Shown piece after piece: positions 28,925 to 38,421 of a stretch of DNA of 58,771 nt (the first letter of the stretch is position 1; each line of letters starts with the position of its first letter). A model generated the notes under the pieces. It did not search any database and was not told where the DNA came from. It worked only from the letters and a program-made list of their open reading frames with translations. The DNA lies in NCBI GenBank assembly GCA_943326825.2, contig CALPUT020000001.1, positions 1 to 58,771 on the forward strand, given 5' to 3'. The DNA is from Chryseobacterium gleum. GTDB taxonomy: Bacteria; Bacteroidota; Bacteroidia; Flavobacteriales_D; Crocinitomicaceae. A program made the position numbers and the translations under genes.

Positions 28925-30052
28925 ATGTTATCTAAAAATAGAGCAATTGTATCTGTAACAAACGATTTATATACGGATCAGCGTGTACATAAAATTTGTT
29001 TGTTTTTAGAAGAACAAGGATACCAAGTACTTTTGTTAGGAAGAAAAAGAAAATCAAGTTTACCATTAGAGTCAAGATTATACAAAACAAAGCGAATGAA
29101 CTTGTTTTTTGATAAAGGAGCGATGTTTTATGCAGAGTACAATTTGCGTTTGTTTTTGTTTTTATTTTTTAAAAAGGGAAATCTATTTGTTTCAAATGAT
29201 TTAGATACACTTTTAGCTAATTACTGCGCTTCTATTTTAAAGTTAAAAACTAGACTAGTTTACGATTCACATGAATATTTTACAGAAGTTCCTGAATTAG
29301 TCAATCGACCGAAAATCCAACGAGTATGGGAAAAGATTGAAGAACGAATATTTCCCAAATTAGAAACAATTTATACTGTTAATTCATCAATTTCAGAATT
29401 ATATAAACATAAATACAATAAAGATTTATTCGTCGTTAGAAATATTTCAATGCTTTGGAAACCTGAAACTTTAAAATCTAAAGAAGAATTAAATATACCT
29501 TTAGATAAAAAGATTATTATCCTTCAAGGTGCTGGAATTAACATTGATAGAGGAGCAGAAGAAGCTGTTGAAGCAATGAAACTAATTGAAAATGCAATCT
29601 TATTATTTGTTGGAGATGGAGATGTTATTCCCTATTTAAAGAAATATGTTGAAGAAAATAATTTGACTAACAAAGTGATTTTTATCGGAAGAAAACCATA
29701 TCTGGAGATGATGAATTACACTTTTCATGCAGATTTAGGTTTAACCCTGGATAAAGCGACTAATATTAATTATAAGAATTCACTTCCTAATAAAGTATTT
29801 GATTACATACATACTGAAACACCAATTGTTGCAACACCAATTTATGAGGTGAAAAGGATAATTGAAAAATACAATGTGGGAAAAATTTTAGAAGATTTTA
29901 ATTCGAAAAATTTAGCGAGTTTAATTAATTCCATCCTTTCAAATGAGCTTTTACTTAAAGAACTAAAAGCAAACTGCAAAATTGCTCGTGATTTTGAAAA
30001 TTGGGAAAAAGAAAAAGAAGTATTAAAACAAATTTACCCAAAAGTTGGATAG
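28925..30052 (+). CDS. Glycosyltransferase (GT4-like)
   Basis: GT-B fold with a C-terminal E....E-type region (FVGDGD...LPNKVFDYIHTETPIVAT). Confidence 0.75.
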   Translation: MLSKNRAIVSVTNDLYTDQRVHKICLFLEEQGYQVLLLGRKRKSSLPLESRLYKTKRMNLFFDKGAMFYAEYNLRLFLFLFFKKGNLFVSNDLDTLLANYCASILKLKTRLVYDSHEYFTEVPELVNRPKIQRVWEKIEERIFPKLETIYTVNSSISELYKHKYNKDLFVVRNISMLWKPETLKSKEELNIPLDKKIIILQGAGINIDRGAEEAVEAMKLIENAILLFVGDGDVIPYLKKYVEENNLTNKVIFIGRKPYLEMMNYTFHADLGLTLDKATNINYKNSLPNKVFDYIHTETPIVATPIYEVKRIIEKYNVGKILEDFNSKNLASLINSILSNELLLKELKANCKIARDFENWEKEKEVLKQIYPKVG

Positions 30053-31166
30053 AGTAAAGTTACATATCGTTTCGTTTGATGTCCCTTATCCAGCTAATTA
30101 TGGTGGTGTGATTGATGTTTTTTATCGAATTAAGTCTTTATCTGAGTTAGGTGTTGAGATATATTTACACTGTTTTGAATATGGAAGAGGTGAAGCTATT
30201 GAGTTAGAAAAATATTGTAAAAAAGTTTATTATTACTCACGTAAAAAATCAATTTTCGATTTATTTAGTAAGATTCCGTTTATCGTAAAATCAAGAATAA
30301 ATGAAGATTTAGCCATTCGTTTAAACGAAAATGATTTTCCAATTTTGTTTGAAGGGTTGCATACTACAAGCTATTTAAGTAAGCTAATTAATAAAGATAG
30401 ATTGACATTTGTCAGAACACATAATATTGAACATGAGTATTATGATGCACTTTCGAAAAAATCAAATGGTTTTAAAAAACTGTTTTTTAGTTTAGAAGCA
30501 AAGAAATTAAAAAGATTTGAAATGCAATTAAAATTAGCGAAGCAGCTTTTATGTATTACAAAATCAGATTTAGATTATTTTCAAAATATTAATAAACATT
30601 CTTTTTTATTGCAACCTTCATTTGAACAAAAACAAATTCAACAATTTGAATTAGCTAATTATGCTTTGTTTCATGGTAACTTAAGCGTAGAAGAAAATGA
30701 AGAGGCAGCTTGTTGGATCATTGAAAATGTGTGGAGTAATCATTTGAATTTACCTTTAATAATAGCAGGAAAAAATCCATCTAAAAAACTGAAAGAGATT
30801 TCAATGAAATATGAAATTCAATTAATTGATTCACCGGAAGAAGTTGAAATGAATTCATTAATCGAAAATGCATCAGTTCATGTTTTATATTCTTCTCAAT
30901 CCACAGGTATAAAATTAAAATTGATTGCTGCTTTACAAACAAATGGTATTGTTCTTTCAAATTATAATCTGGTAAATGGTTCTAATCTTGAAGAGTATTG
31001 TGTAATCGCAAATGATTCGAATACATATCAGCAAGTTCTTTTGAATTTGGAAAATTATATATTAACTGAAAAAGATAAAATTAAACGTAGACAGTTGTTT
31101 GAAACCAAATTAAATGTTAATTTAAATAATCAATTAATTGTAGAATTAAGTAAAAAGTATCAATGA
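30045..31166 (+). CDS. Glycosyltransferase family 1-like protein
   Basis: IVSFDVPYPANYGGVIDVF N-terminus, conserved in Flavobacteriia glycosyltransferases. TTG start overlapping the upstream gene by 8 nt. Confidence 0.6.
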   Translation: MDRVKLHIVSFDVPYPANYGGVIDVFYRIKSLSELGVEIYLHCFEYGRGEAIELEKYCKKVYYYSRKKSIFDLFSKIPFIVKSRINEDLAIRLNENDFPILFEGLHTTSYLSKLINKDRLTFVRTHNIEHEYYDALSKKSNGFKKLFFSLEAKKLKRFEMQLKLAKQLLCITKSDLDYFQNINKHSFLLQPSFEQKQIQQFELANYALFHGNLSVEENEEAACWIIENVWSNHLNLPLIIAGKNPSKKLKEISMKYEIQLIDSPEEVEMNSLIENASVHVLYSSQSTGIKLKLIAALQTNGIVLSNYNLVNGSNLEEYCVIANDSNTYQQVLLNLENYILTEKDKIKRRQLFETKLNVNLNNQLIVELSKKYQ

Positions 31167-31798
31167 AAGATCCAATATTAATAGAAGAAATAATCAAACT
31201 TGCTCTAGCATTATTGTTTGGAGCTATTATCGGAGCAGAGAGAGAGTATAAAAGTAAAGCTGCCGGTTTTAGGACTGTTATTTTAATTACTGTTGGATCA
31301 ACTCTTTTTACTATTGTTTCAAATGTATTAGGTGCAGAAGGACGAGTTGCATCCAATATTGTAACAGGTATTGGGTTTTTAGGTGCCGGAGCTATATTTC
31401 GTGAGGGAGTGAATGTTAAAGGGTTGACAACGGCAACAACTATTTGGATTTCAGCAGCAATCGGAATGGCCATTGGAATAGGTAAATATGATTTTGCTTT
31501 TGCAGCTTTACTTATAGTTATGTTGGTATTATTAAGTTTTACTTGGATACAAAAAAAGATTGAAAGAACAAATAAAGTTGAGACATATCATATCACGATA
31601 GATGATAATAAAACGACTAACAAAGATGCTTTAAAAGATATTTTCATCTCTTGTGGGTTGGTTTCAAAATGTACAAAACAGATGAAGAGTCATAATACTC
31701 AAACATTTATTTATTCTGTACAAGGACCAGCTAAAAATCATTCTAACTTAATAAAAATATTATTTGATACTGAATTTATTGCTTCATTTGAGTCATAA
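31163..31798 (+). CDS. mgtC: MgtC/SapB-family membrane protein
   Basis: GAEREYKSKAAGFRT...GIGFLGAGAIF...GLTTAATIW. ATGA overlap with the upstream glycosyltransferase. Confidence 0.85.
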   Translation: MKDPILIEEIIKLALALLFGAIIGAEREYKSKAAGFRTVILITVGSTLFTIVSNVLGAEGRVASNIVTGIGFLGAGAIFREGVNVKGLTTATTIWISAAIGMAIGIGKYDFAFAALLIVMLVLLSFTWIQKKIERTNKVETYHITIDDNKTTNKDALKDIFISCGLVSKCTKQMKSHNTQTFIYSVQGPAKNHSNLIKILFDTEFIASFES

Positions 31799-31904
31799 AG
31801 CAGTTATTACAATTCATAGTTCATATTCAACAATTCAACAACTTTATCCAAATTAAATACATACAATGTTTCTAGATTTGTTTTGTATTAAATTTTATTT
31901 CAAA

Positions 31905-34280
31905 ATGCGTTTAACAACTTTACTTTTAGCAATAACAAGTTTGATAAGTTCAACTTTATTGTTTTCACAAGAATCTACTCAATCAATTAAAGGGACAGTG
32001 CTTGATAAGCAATCATTAACATCATTACCAAATACAATCATTCGAGTAATTGGTTCTGATACTCTTTTGAATGCACAAACTGATATAGATGGAAAATATA
32101 TCATTACTGGAGTAAAGCCTGGCAGATATGATGTTCAGGCAAATTTTGCAGGATACAAATCGATTACCTTGCCAAATATTATTGTAACAGTGGGTAAGGA
32201 GGTAATTGTTGATATTTCTTTAGAAGAAAATATTAATTCAATTTCAGAAGTTGTAATTTCTGGAAATAAAAAGAATGAAACAATAAATGAATTGACAACC
32301 GTTAGTGCGAGATCTTTTAGTACTGAGGAAGTGAATCGATTTGCAGGTGGTCGATCGGATCCATCAAGAATGGCTGCTAATTTTGCGGGTGTTAGTTCTC
32401 CTGATGATTCAAGAAATGATTTAGTTATTAGAGGGAATTCACCTGTTGGAGTGTTGTGGAGAATAGAAGGATTAAACATTCCAAATCCAAATCACTTTTC
32501 TACTATCGGTACAACTGGGGGGCCGGTAAGTGCATTAAATACAAATGTTTTAAAGAATTCAGATTTTTTCACTTCAGCTTTTCCTTCGGAATATGGAAAT
32601 GCAACTGCAGGCGTTTTTGATTTAGGTTTTAGAAAAGGAAATGCAGATAAGAGGGAACACACATTTCAGTTAGGAGCATTAACAGGCTTGGAAGGCGTTA
32701 CGGAAGGACCGTTGAGAAAATCTAAAGGTTCATCTTATTTAATTGCTTATCGCTATTCATTCACAGAATTTGCTCAAAAAGCAGGGATCCCAATTGGAAC
32801 AACAGCAACACCTTTTTACCAAGATATCTCTTTTAAAATCAACGGGGGAAATACCAAACTAGGTAAATTTGTGTTATTTGGCATTGCAGGAAAAAGTAAA
32901 ATTAATTTTTTACATGATAAAATTGATAGTACAGATTTATTTGCAAACCCAGTTAGAGATAGTTATTTTACTAGTAATATGGCACTTGTAGGTGTTAATC
33001 ATTTCATTCGTGTAAATCCAAAGTCATATTTTAAAACAATTATTGGAGCAACTTTCTCATCTTCAGTTTACAACGAGGATTCTATCAATAAGCAAACCAA
33101 TGAAATAAAGAGAATTTTAGAAAATAAAACGACGCAAATTAGATATACATTGAATAGTTCGTTTAATACCAAAATAAATTCAAAATTATTCCTGAAAGTT
33201 GGTGTGTTGACTGAAGTAATGAATTTGAATCTTTATTACAGAAGTAAATATTATACACCTGATTGGAAACAAATATGGGATTTTAATGATTACACTTCTT
33301 TGCTACAAGGATATGCGCATCTGAAGTATTCAATTTCTACACGATTTACTTTAAATGCAGGTTTACACACTCAATATTTAGTTTTAAATAAATCTTCAGC
33401 AATAGAACCTAGGGTTGGTTTGAAATTTCAGGTTAATGAAAAAAGTAACTTAAGCTTTGGTTATGGATTACATAGCCAAATGCAACCAACAGATTCTTAT
33501 TTCTTCAGAACACTTTTAGCGGATGGAACATATGTTCAATCAAATAAAAACATGGGTTTTACTAAAAGTCATCAATTGGTACTTGGATATGAATTATTTC
33601 CAGTAAAAAATTGGAGAATAAAAGCGGAAACGTATTACCAATTTATTTTTAATGTTCCTGTTACAGAAACAGCAAGTGCATATTCGATGTTGAATGCAGG
33701 AGCTAGTTTTTTTCCAAATGAAACATCTTATCTTAAAAATACAGGTACAGGAAGAAACTATGGAGTTGAGTTAACGGTTGAAAAATTCTATAGCAAAGGT
33801 TTTTACACGTTGATAACAGGTTCTTTATATGAATCTAAATATACTGGAAGTGATGGTGTAGAAAGAAATACAGGCTTTAATGGGAGATTTGTATATAATG
33901 TATTAGCCGGAAAAGAATTTAAAGTTGGAAAAGAAAAACGTAATTCTTTTACAACGGATATTAAGTTTACACAAGCAGGAGGAAGATATTATACTCCGGT
34001 TGATTTAGAGGCTTCACAATTGATTAATTTTCAAGTTCTGAAAGATGATCAATTTGCCTTTTCGATGCGAAATCCTAATTTCTTTCGTTTAGATTTTAAG
34101 GTTGGATTTACAATGAATAGTAAAAAACGAAAAGTTTCTCAATCGATATATTTGGATATACAAAATGTTACAAATCATAAAAATGTTTTTGCTCAAAGAT
34201 ACAATCCTTTGACTGGTAAAATAAATACAGCATATCAAATTGGTTTATTCCCTAACTTTGTTTATAAAGTTCAATTTTAA
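31905..34280 (+). CDS. TonB-dependent receptor-like outer membrane protein with a carboxypeptidase-regulatory-like N-domain
   Basis: Start trimmed to MRLTTLLLA, which gives a signal peptide. IKGTVLD...DIDGKY motif, plug-like segment, C-terminal FVYKVQF. Confidence 0.7.
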   Translation: MRLTTLLLAITSLISSTLLFSQESTQSIKGTVLDKQSLTSLPNTIIRVIGSDTLLNAQTDIDGKYIITGVKPGRYDVQANFAGYKSITLPNIIVTVGKEVIVDISLEENINSISEVVISGNKKNETINELTTVSARSFSTEEVNRFAGGRSDPSRMAANFAGVSSPDDSRNDLVIRGNSPVGVLWRIEGLNIPNPNHFSTIGTTGGPVSALNTNVLKNSDFFTSAFPSEYGNATAGVFDLGFRKGNADKREHTFQLGALTGLEGVTEGPLRKSKGSSYLIAYRYSFTEFAQKAGIPIGTTATPFYQDISFKINGGNTKLGKFVLFGIAGKSKINFLHDKIDSTDLFANPVRDSYFTSNMALVGVNHFIRVNPKSYFKTIIGATFSSSVYNEDSINKQTNEIKRILENKTTQIRYTLNSSFNTKINSKLFLKVGVLTEVMNLNLYYRSKYYTPDWKQIWDFNDYTSLLQGYAHLKYSISTRFTLNAGLHTQYLVLNKSSAIEPRVGLKFQVNEKSNLSFGYGLHSQMQPTDSYFFRTLLADGTYVQSNKNMGFTKSHQLVLGYELFPVKNWRIKAETYYQFIFNVPVTETASAYSMLNAGASFFPNETSYLKNTGTGRNYGVELTVEKFYSKGFYTLITGSLYESKYTGSDGVERNTGFNGRFVYNVLAGKEFKVGKEKRNSFTTDIKFTQAGGRYYTPVDLEASQLINFQVLKDDQFAFSMRNPNFFRLDFKVGFTMNSKKRKVSQSIYLDIQNVTNHKNVFAQRYNPLTGKINTAYQIGLFPNFVYKVQF

Positions 34281-34314
34281 ATTACTAAAAATTGTTTTCA
34301 AATAAGAATCGCAT

Positions 34315-35340
34315 ATGAATAGAAGTAAGAAAAGGTTTATATGGATGTTCATTTTAGGTTCAATTATTACTTATTTATTAGACTTTTTATTAAAAGATTA
34401 TGAAATTAGGCCTGAAAGAAATCGTTTTTTAGATTTATTTATGTCTATACTGATTACGATCTTAATTTGGGAAGGGAATTTAAGACTTGATCATTTTTTA
34501 AATTTAAAATTAGAATGGCAAAAAGTTCCTAAAAAACGATTCGTTATACAGTTTTCATTAGCATTAACGTATAGTTTTTTGATCATTTATTTGTCGATGT
34601 ATACATTCAATTCGTTTGTATGTAAAATTCCCGATGCCAGACAGTCAATGTTTTTGACTACTTCAATAACTGTTGGATTATTAATTACGATTATTATTTT
34701 GTCTATAGAAATAGGTTTTCAATTTTTTAAACAATGGAAAAAATCGTTAATTGAAATTGAAGAATATAAGACAGAATCTGTATCAGCTCAATTACAAAAT
34801 TTAAAAAGTCAATTAAATCCACATTTTTTATTTAATAATTTAAGTGTACTTTCTTCTTTAGTATATTCAAATCAAGATAAAGCAGTAGAATTCATTAATC
34901 AATTGTCAAAAGTATACAGATACATATTGGATAATAATAATACAGAATTAATATCTCTAAAAGAAGAATTAAAATTCATGGAATCATATTTTTTCTTATT
35001 GAAAATAAGATTTGGGGAGAATATTATCTTTGATATCCAATTGAAAGATGAGGATTTATCATTTAAAATTCCACCACTGTCTTTACAGATTTTATTGGAA
35101 AATGCAATTAAACATAACGAAATTTCATCTAATTCACCTTTAAAAATTAGTTTGAGTATTAAAAACGAAATGCTTCAAATTTGTAATAATATTCGACTAA
35201 GGCCAATTTATGAGCCAAGTTCAAAGATGGGTATTAAGAATATTGAAAGTAGATATCTTTTTTTTACGGATCAAAAAATTGAAATCATTGATGATAATGA
35301 TTTTTTTTGTGTCAAATTACCTTTATTAACTGTGAAATGA
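34315..35340 (+). CDS. LytS/YehU-type sensor histidine kinase (His_kinase family, multi-TM)
   Basis: LNPHFLFNNLSVL H-box-like motif, 4-5 TM helices, LLENAIKHN. Confidence 0.85.
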   Translation: MNRSKKRFIWMFILGSIITYLLDFLLKDYEIRPERNRFLDLFMSILITILIWEGNLRLDHFLNLKLEWQKVPKKRFVIQFSLALTYSFLIIYLSMYTFNSFVCKIPDARQSMFLTTSITVGLLITIIILSIEIGFQFFKQWKKSLIEIEEYKTESVSAQLQNLKSQLNPHFLFNNLSVLSSLVYSNQDKAVEFINQLSKVYRYILDNNNTELISLKEELKFMESYFFLLKIRFGENIIFDIQLKDEDLSFKIPPLSLQILLENAIKHNEISSNSPLKISLSIKNEMLQICNNIRLRPIYEPSSKMGIKNIESRYLFFTDQKIEIIDDNDFFCVKLPLLTVK

Positions 35341-36101
35341 GAGTTGTAATCATTGAAGATGAAAAATTGTCAGTAGATTATTTAGTTAATCTCCTTTTCA
35401 AAATTGATCAAAATATTAAAATCATAAATGTTTTTGAATCAGTAAAAGAATCAATTATCGCATTTAATAATGGAATAGAAGCAGATTTATTATTTGTAGA
35501 TATTCATTTATCTGATGGAATTAGCTTTGATATTTTTTCAAAAGTAAAAGTGAATTCACCTATTATTTTCACAACTGCTTATGATGAATATGCATTAAAA
35601 GCATTCAAATTAAATAGTATTGATTACTTGCTTAAACCACTTGGTATTGATGAGGTTAGGCAAGCTATCAAGAAATTTGAAAGATGGAATAAATATAGTG
35701 AAATTAATTTTGAAGCAATTTCAAATGCTTATTTAGCAGAATCTAAACAATTCAAAAATCGCTTTATTGTTAAGTTAGGAGATTCTATATCTTCTATTCA
35801 AATTGATGAAATCCAATATTTTATTTCTGAAGAAGGAGTTGTATTGCTAGTAACTAAAAATAATAAGCGATTTATTATTGATTATAATCTAGATGAATTA
35901 GAAGTATGTTTAAATTTTGATCTATTCTTTAGGATAAATAGGAAGACAATAATTGCAATGTCAAGTATAGAAAAAGTTAATTCCTATTTCAATAGTCGTT
36001 TAAAAGTGAAAGTATTGAATTTGATTGAAGATGCTTCTATAATAAGTAGAGATAGAGTTTCAGAATTTAAAAAATGGTTAGATGGAACTATTCGAACATA
36101 A
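35337..36101 (+). CDS. LytTR-family response regulator
   Basis: Start trimmed to MRVVIIEDE, giving an ATGA overlap with the kinase. Receiver domain plus a C-terminal LytTR domain. Confidence 0.85.
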   Translation: MRVVIIEDEKLSVDYLVNLLFKIDQNIKIINVFESVKESIIAFNNGIEADLLFVDIHLSDGISFDIFSKVKVNSPIIFTTAYDEYALKAFKLNSIDYLLKPLGIDEVRQAIKKFERWNKYSEINFEAISNAYLAESKQFKNRFIVKLGDSISSIQIDEIQYFISEEGVVLLVTKNNKRFIIDYNLDELEVCLNFDLFFRINRKTIIAMSSIEKVNSYFNSRLKVKVLNLIEDASIISRDRVSEFKKWLDGTIRT

Positions 36102-36134
36102 AAAAAGGAACAATAAAATTGTTCCTTTTTTTTG
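36100..36134. terminator. Bidirectional terminator between the LytTR regulator and the DUF1573 gene
   Basis: AAGGAACA/TGTTCCTT stem flanked by A6 and T7. Confidence 0.75.
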
Positions 36135-36147
36135 TCAATTTAAAATA

Positions 36148-36684
36148 TTAGTTTTTAGGAGCTTCTTCTGTTTTAACTTCTTGAGGTAAAACTGTTCCTT
36201 TTATTGTTAAAATAATTGGTTCAGTTTGAACATTTGTAGTAACAGTGATTGTTTTTGTAAATTGACCAACTCTTTTTGTGTCATATTTTACAGCAATTTC
36301 ACCTTTTTTCCCTGGTTGAATTGGTTCTTCAGGTTTAGCAGCATTTGTACAACCACAACTTGTTTGAACATTTTGAATTAAAATTGGAGTTTTTCCAGTG
36401 TTTTTGAATTCAAAAATAAATAAGTCTTGAGAATCATATTTAACTTCAGGACGCTCAATAACTTCATTTTTGAAAACAATTGCTTTTTCTGTTTGAGCAT
36501 CTTTAGATTCAGCTTTTTCAGATTCAACTTTTTCAGTCTCTATTTTTTTATTCTCTTTCGAAGTTTCTTTTTTCTCTACTACTTCTTTTTTATTAGTAGC
36601 TTCCTGCGCATTGATATTTAATGATAATGCTAACATTGAAATTGATAATAATATAACTTTCATAATCGATTTTTTTTTTAACAA
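36148..36684 (-). CDS. DUF1573-domain protein
   Basis: Signal peptide, Lys/Glu-rich linker, FKNTGKTPILI...QTSCGCT motif. Alternative start at 36663 (MKVILL). Confidence 0.8.
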   Translation of the reverse strand: MLKKKSIMKVILLSISMLALSLNINAQEATNKKEVVEKKETSKENKKIETEKVESEKAESKDAQTEKAIVFKNEVIERPEVKYDSQDLFIFEFKNTGKTPILIQNVQTSCGCTNAAKPEEPIQPGKKGEIAVKYDTKRVGQFTKTITVTTNVQTEPIILTIKGTVLPQEVKTEEAPKN

Positions 36685-36739
36685 GGTTACAATAAAAATT
36701 TTAATCTATAAATTGTTTTAACAAAAAATTTTACAAATA

Positions 36740-37366
36740 CTATACCAAAAACGAATCATCTTTAAAATAGTTGCTTATTACATCTATTATTGATGGGTAA
36801 GTATTCATTATTATTATTTCTTTTATTTCTTTTTTTGTGAACCATTTAACTTCAGAAATACCTTCGTCTAATTGAGGAGTTAGTTTTTCATTTCCTTCAT
36901 AATCTAAATTATACCAAAATGTCTTTTTGATTGTAGGTTTTCCCTTATAAAGATAAGTGTGATAAGTAATACAATTAAAATTAGTTATTTTGGGTTTTGA
37001 AATACCACATTCCTCTTCGATTTCTCGAATTGCTCCCAATTCTGAATTTTCATTTTCATCTAATTTCCCTTTAGGAATATCCCAATAACCATTTCTTTTT
37101 ATGAATAAAAAGTTATTTTTCTTTCTAACAATTCCACCAGATGCTTCTACAAAATCAAATTTTTTGAAAATTTTGAAAAAAGCTTTTTCAGGATTTGGAT
37201 AAATAACATAGATCGGTAATTTAATATTAGTGTCTGAAAAACAGTTGAATATTAATTTCCGAAGTCCTTTTAATTTTTTTGTTTTAATTATTAATCCTTC
37301 TAAAGAATTAATTTCTTCATTATCTAAGATGAAAACAGCTCTATTTTCAATAAAAACTTTGTACAT
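36740..37366 (-). CDS. NUDIX hydrolase
   Basis: Nudix box GKLDENENSELGAIREIEEECG. Start trimmed to MYKVFIENR, because the track's longer ORF would overlap pyrE. Confidence 0.8.
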   Translation of the reverse strand: MYKVFIENRAVFILDNEEINSLEGLIIKTKKLKGLRKLIFNCFSDTNIKLPIYVIYPNPEKAFFKIFKKFDFVEASGGIVRKKNNFLFIKRNGYWDIPKGKLDENENSELGAIREIEEECGISKPKITNFNCITYHTYLYKGKPTIKKTFWYNLDYEGNEKLTPQLDEGISEVKWFTKKEIKEIIIMNTYPSIIDVISNYFKDDSFLV

Positions 37367-37369
37367 TTG
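37362..37369 (+). promoter_or_regulatory. -7 box (TACATTTG) only 4 nt before the pyrE ATG, overlapping the NUDIX start codon on the other strand
   Basis: Matches TAnnTTTG. The NUDIX CAT at 37364-37366 lies inside the box. Confidence 0.4.
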
Positions 37370-37373
37370 CCGT

Positions 37374-38015
37374 ATGATTTTGAATAGCGAAAAAGCGTTA
37401 AAGGTAGCAGAATTTTTATTACAAATAAAAGCTGTTAAGTTAGAACCCAATAATCCTTTTACTTGGGCTTCAGGTTGGAAATCTCCGATTTATTGTGATA
37501 ATCGTGTAACTCTTTCATTTCCAAATATTAGAACTTTTATTAGACAAGGATATGCAGAGTCAATACTAGAGAAGTTTGGAAAGCCGGATATTATTGCAGG
37601 AGTAGCTACAGGAGGCATTGCTCAAGGTGCTTTAGTCGCTCAGGAATTAGGAGTTCCTTTTATATATGTTCGAAGTTCTGCAAAAGAGCATGGAATGGGA
37701 AATCAAATAGAAGGTTTCTATGAAGAAGGTAAGAAGGTTGTTGTTATTGAAGATTTAATTTCAACAGGAGGTAGTAGTATCAAAGCTATAGAGGCACTAA
37801 AATCAGCTGGTTTAGATGTTAAAGGATTAGTAGCTATCTTCACTTATGGATTTGAGCAAGCTAAAATTAATTTTGAAAAAGCCGAATGTCCTTTTATTAC
37901 ATTGACTTCTTATGATATTTTAATTGAACAAGCATTGAAGCAAGATTTTATTACAGTTAATGATTTAGATTCATTGAGAGAATGGAAGGAAAGTCCTGAT
38001 ACTTGGAAAAAATAA
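37374..38015 (+). CDS. pyrE: Orotate phosphoribosyltransferase
   Basis: Start trimmed to MILNSEKALKVAEFLLQIKAV. FTWASGWKSPIYCDNR and the PRPP motif VVVIEDLISTGGS. Confidence 0.92.
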   Translation: MILNSEKALKVAEFLLQIKAVKLEPNNPFTWASGWKSPIYCDNRVTLSFPNIRTFIRQGYAESILEKFGKPDIIAGVATGGIAQGALVAQELGVPFIYVRSSAKEHGMGNQIEGFYEEGKKVVVIEDLISTGGSSIKAIEALKSAGLDVKGLVAIFTYGFEQAKINFEKAECPFITLTSYDILIEQALKQDFITVNDLDSLREWKESPDTWKK

Positions 38016-38019
38016 ATCT

Positions 38020-38421
38020 ATGATTTTAAAAAGTACAACCGTATTAATTGATGCGAATCAAGAAACAATTTTTAGTTTTTTATCTGATTCATGCAATTTA
38101 GTTCATATTTTACCTAAAGAAAATATTTCTGATTGGAAGGCTAACTCAACTGAATGTTCATTCAAAGTTCAGGGTGGAGTAATTATTTCATTAATACAAG
38201 ATGGGTTTGAAGATAAATCAAAAATATTTATGAAATCTGGTGAAAAGTCACCATTTCCGTTTAAATTAACTTTGCATCTCGAGAAAATTGAAAATCAAAC
38301 TCAAGGATATATTGAATTTGATGGAGAATTAAATAAATTTTTAAAAATGGTGGTAGAGAAGCCTTTGACAAATCTTTTTAATTATATGTCGGAGAAACTT
38401 AAAACACATTTCGAGAATTAA
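38020..38421 (+). CDS. Small SRPBCC-like hypothetical protein
   Basis: 133 aa. The fold guess rests only on length and pattern. Its 3' end overlaps birA convergently by 23 nt. Confidence 0.35.
   Translation: MILKSTTVLIDANQETIFSFLSDSCNLVHILPKENISDWKANSTECSFKVQGGVIISLIQDGFEDKSKIFMKSGEKSPFPFKLTLHLEKIENQTQGYIEFDGELNKFLKMVVEKPLTNLFNYMSEKLKTHFEN

Noticed and set aside
31117-31473. 118-aa ORF antisense to the GT/MgtC junction
   Set aside because: It is antisense to the well-supported MgtC CDS, and its Ala/Pro/Ile-rich translation mirrors the Gly/Ala-rich sense frame.
36427-36621. 64-aa ORF antisense to the DUF1573 gene
   Set aside because: Phe-rich translation of the complement of a Lys/Glu-rich linker, so a shadow ORF.
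37230-37450. Long overlapping N-terminal extensions of the pyrE and NUDIX track ORFs (a 221-nt mutual overlap)
   Set aside because: Homology-style N-termini begin at the internal Mets (37374 and 37366). The extensions are antisense to each other's real coding sequence.
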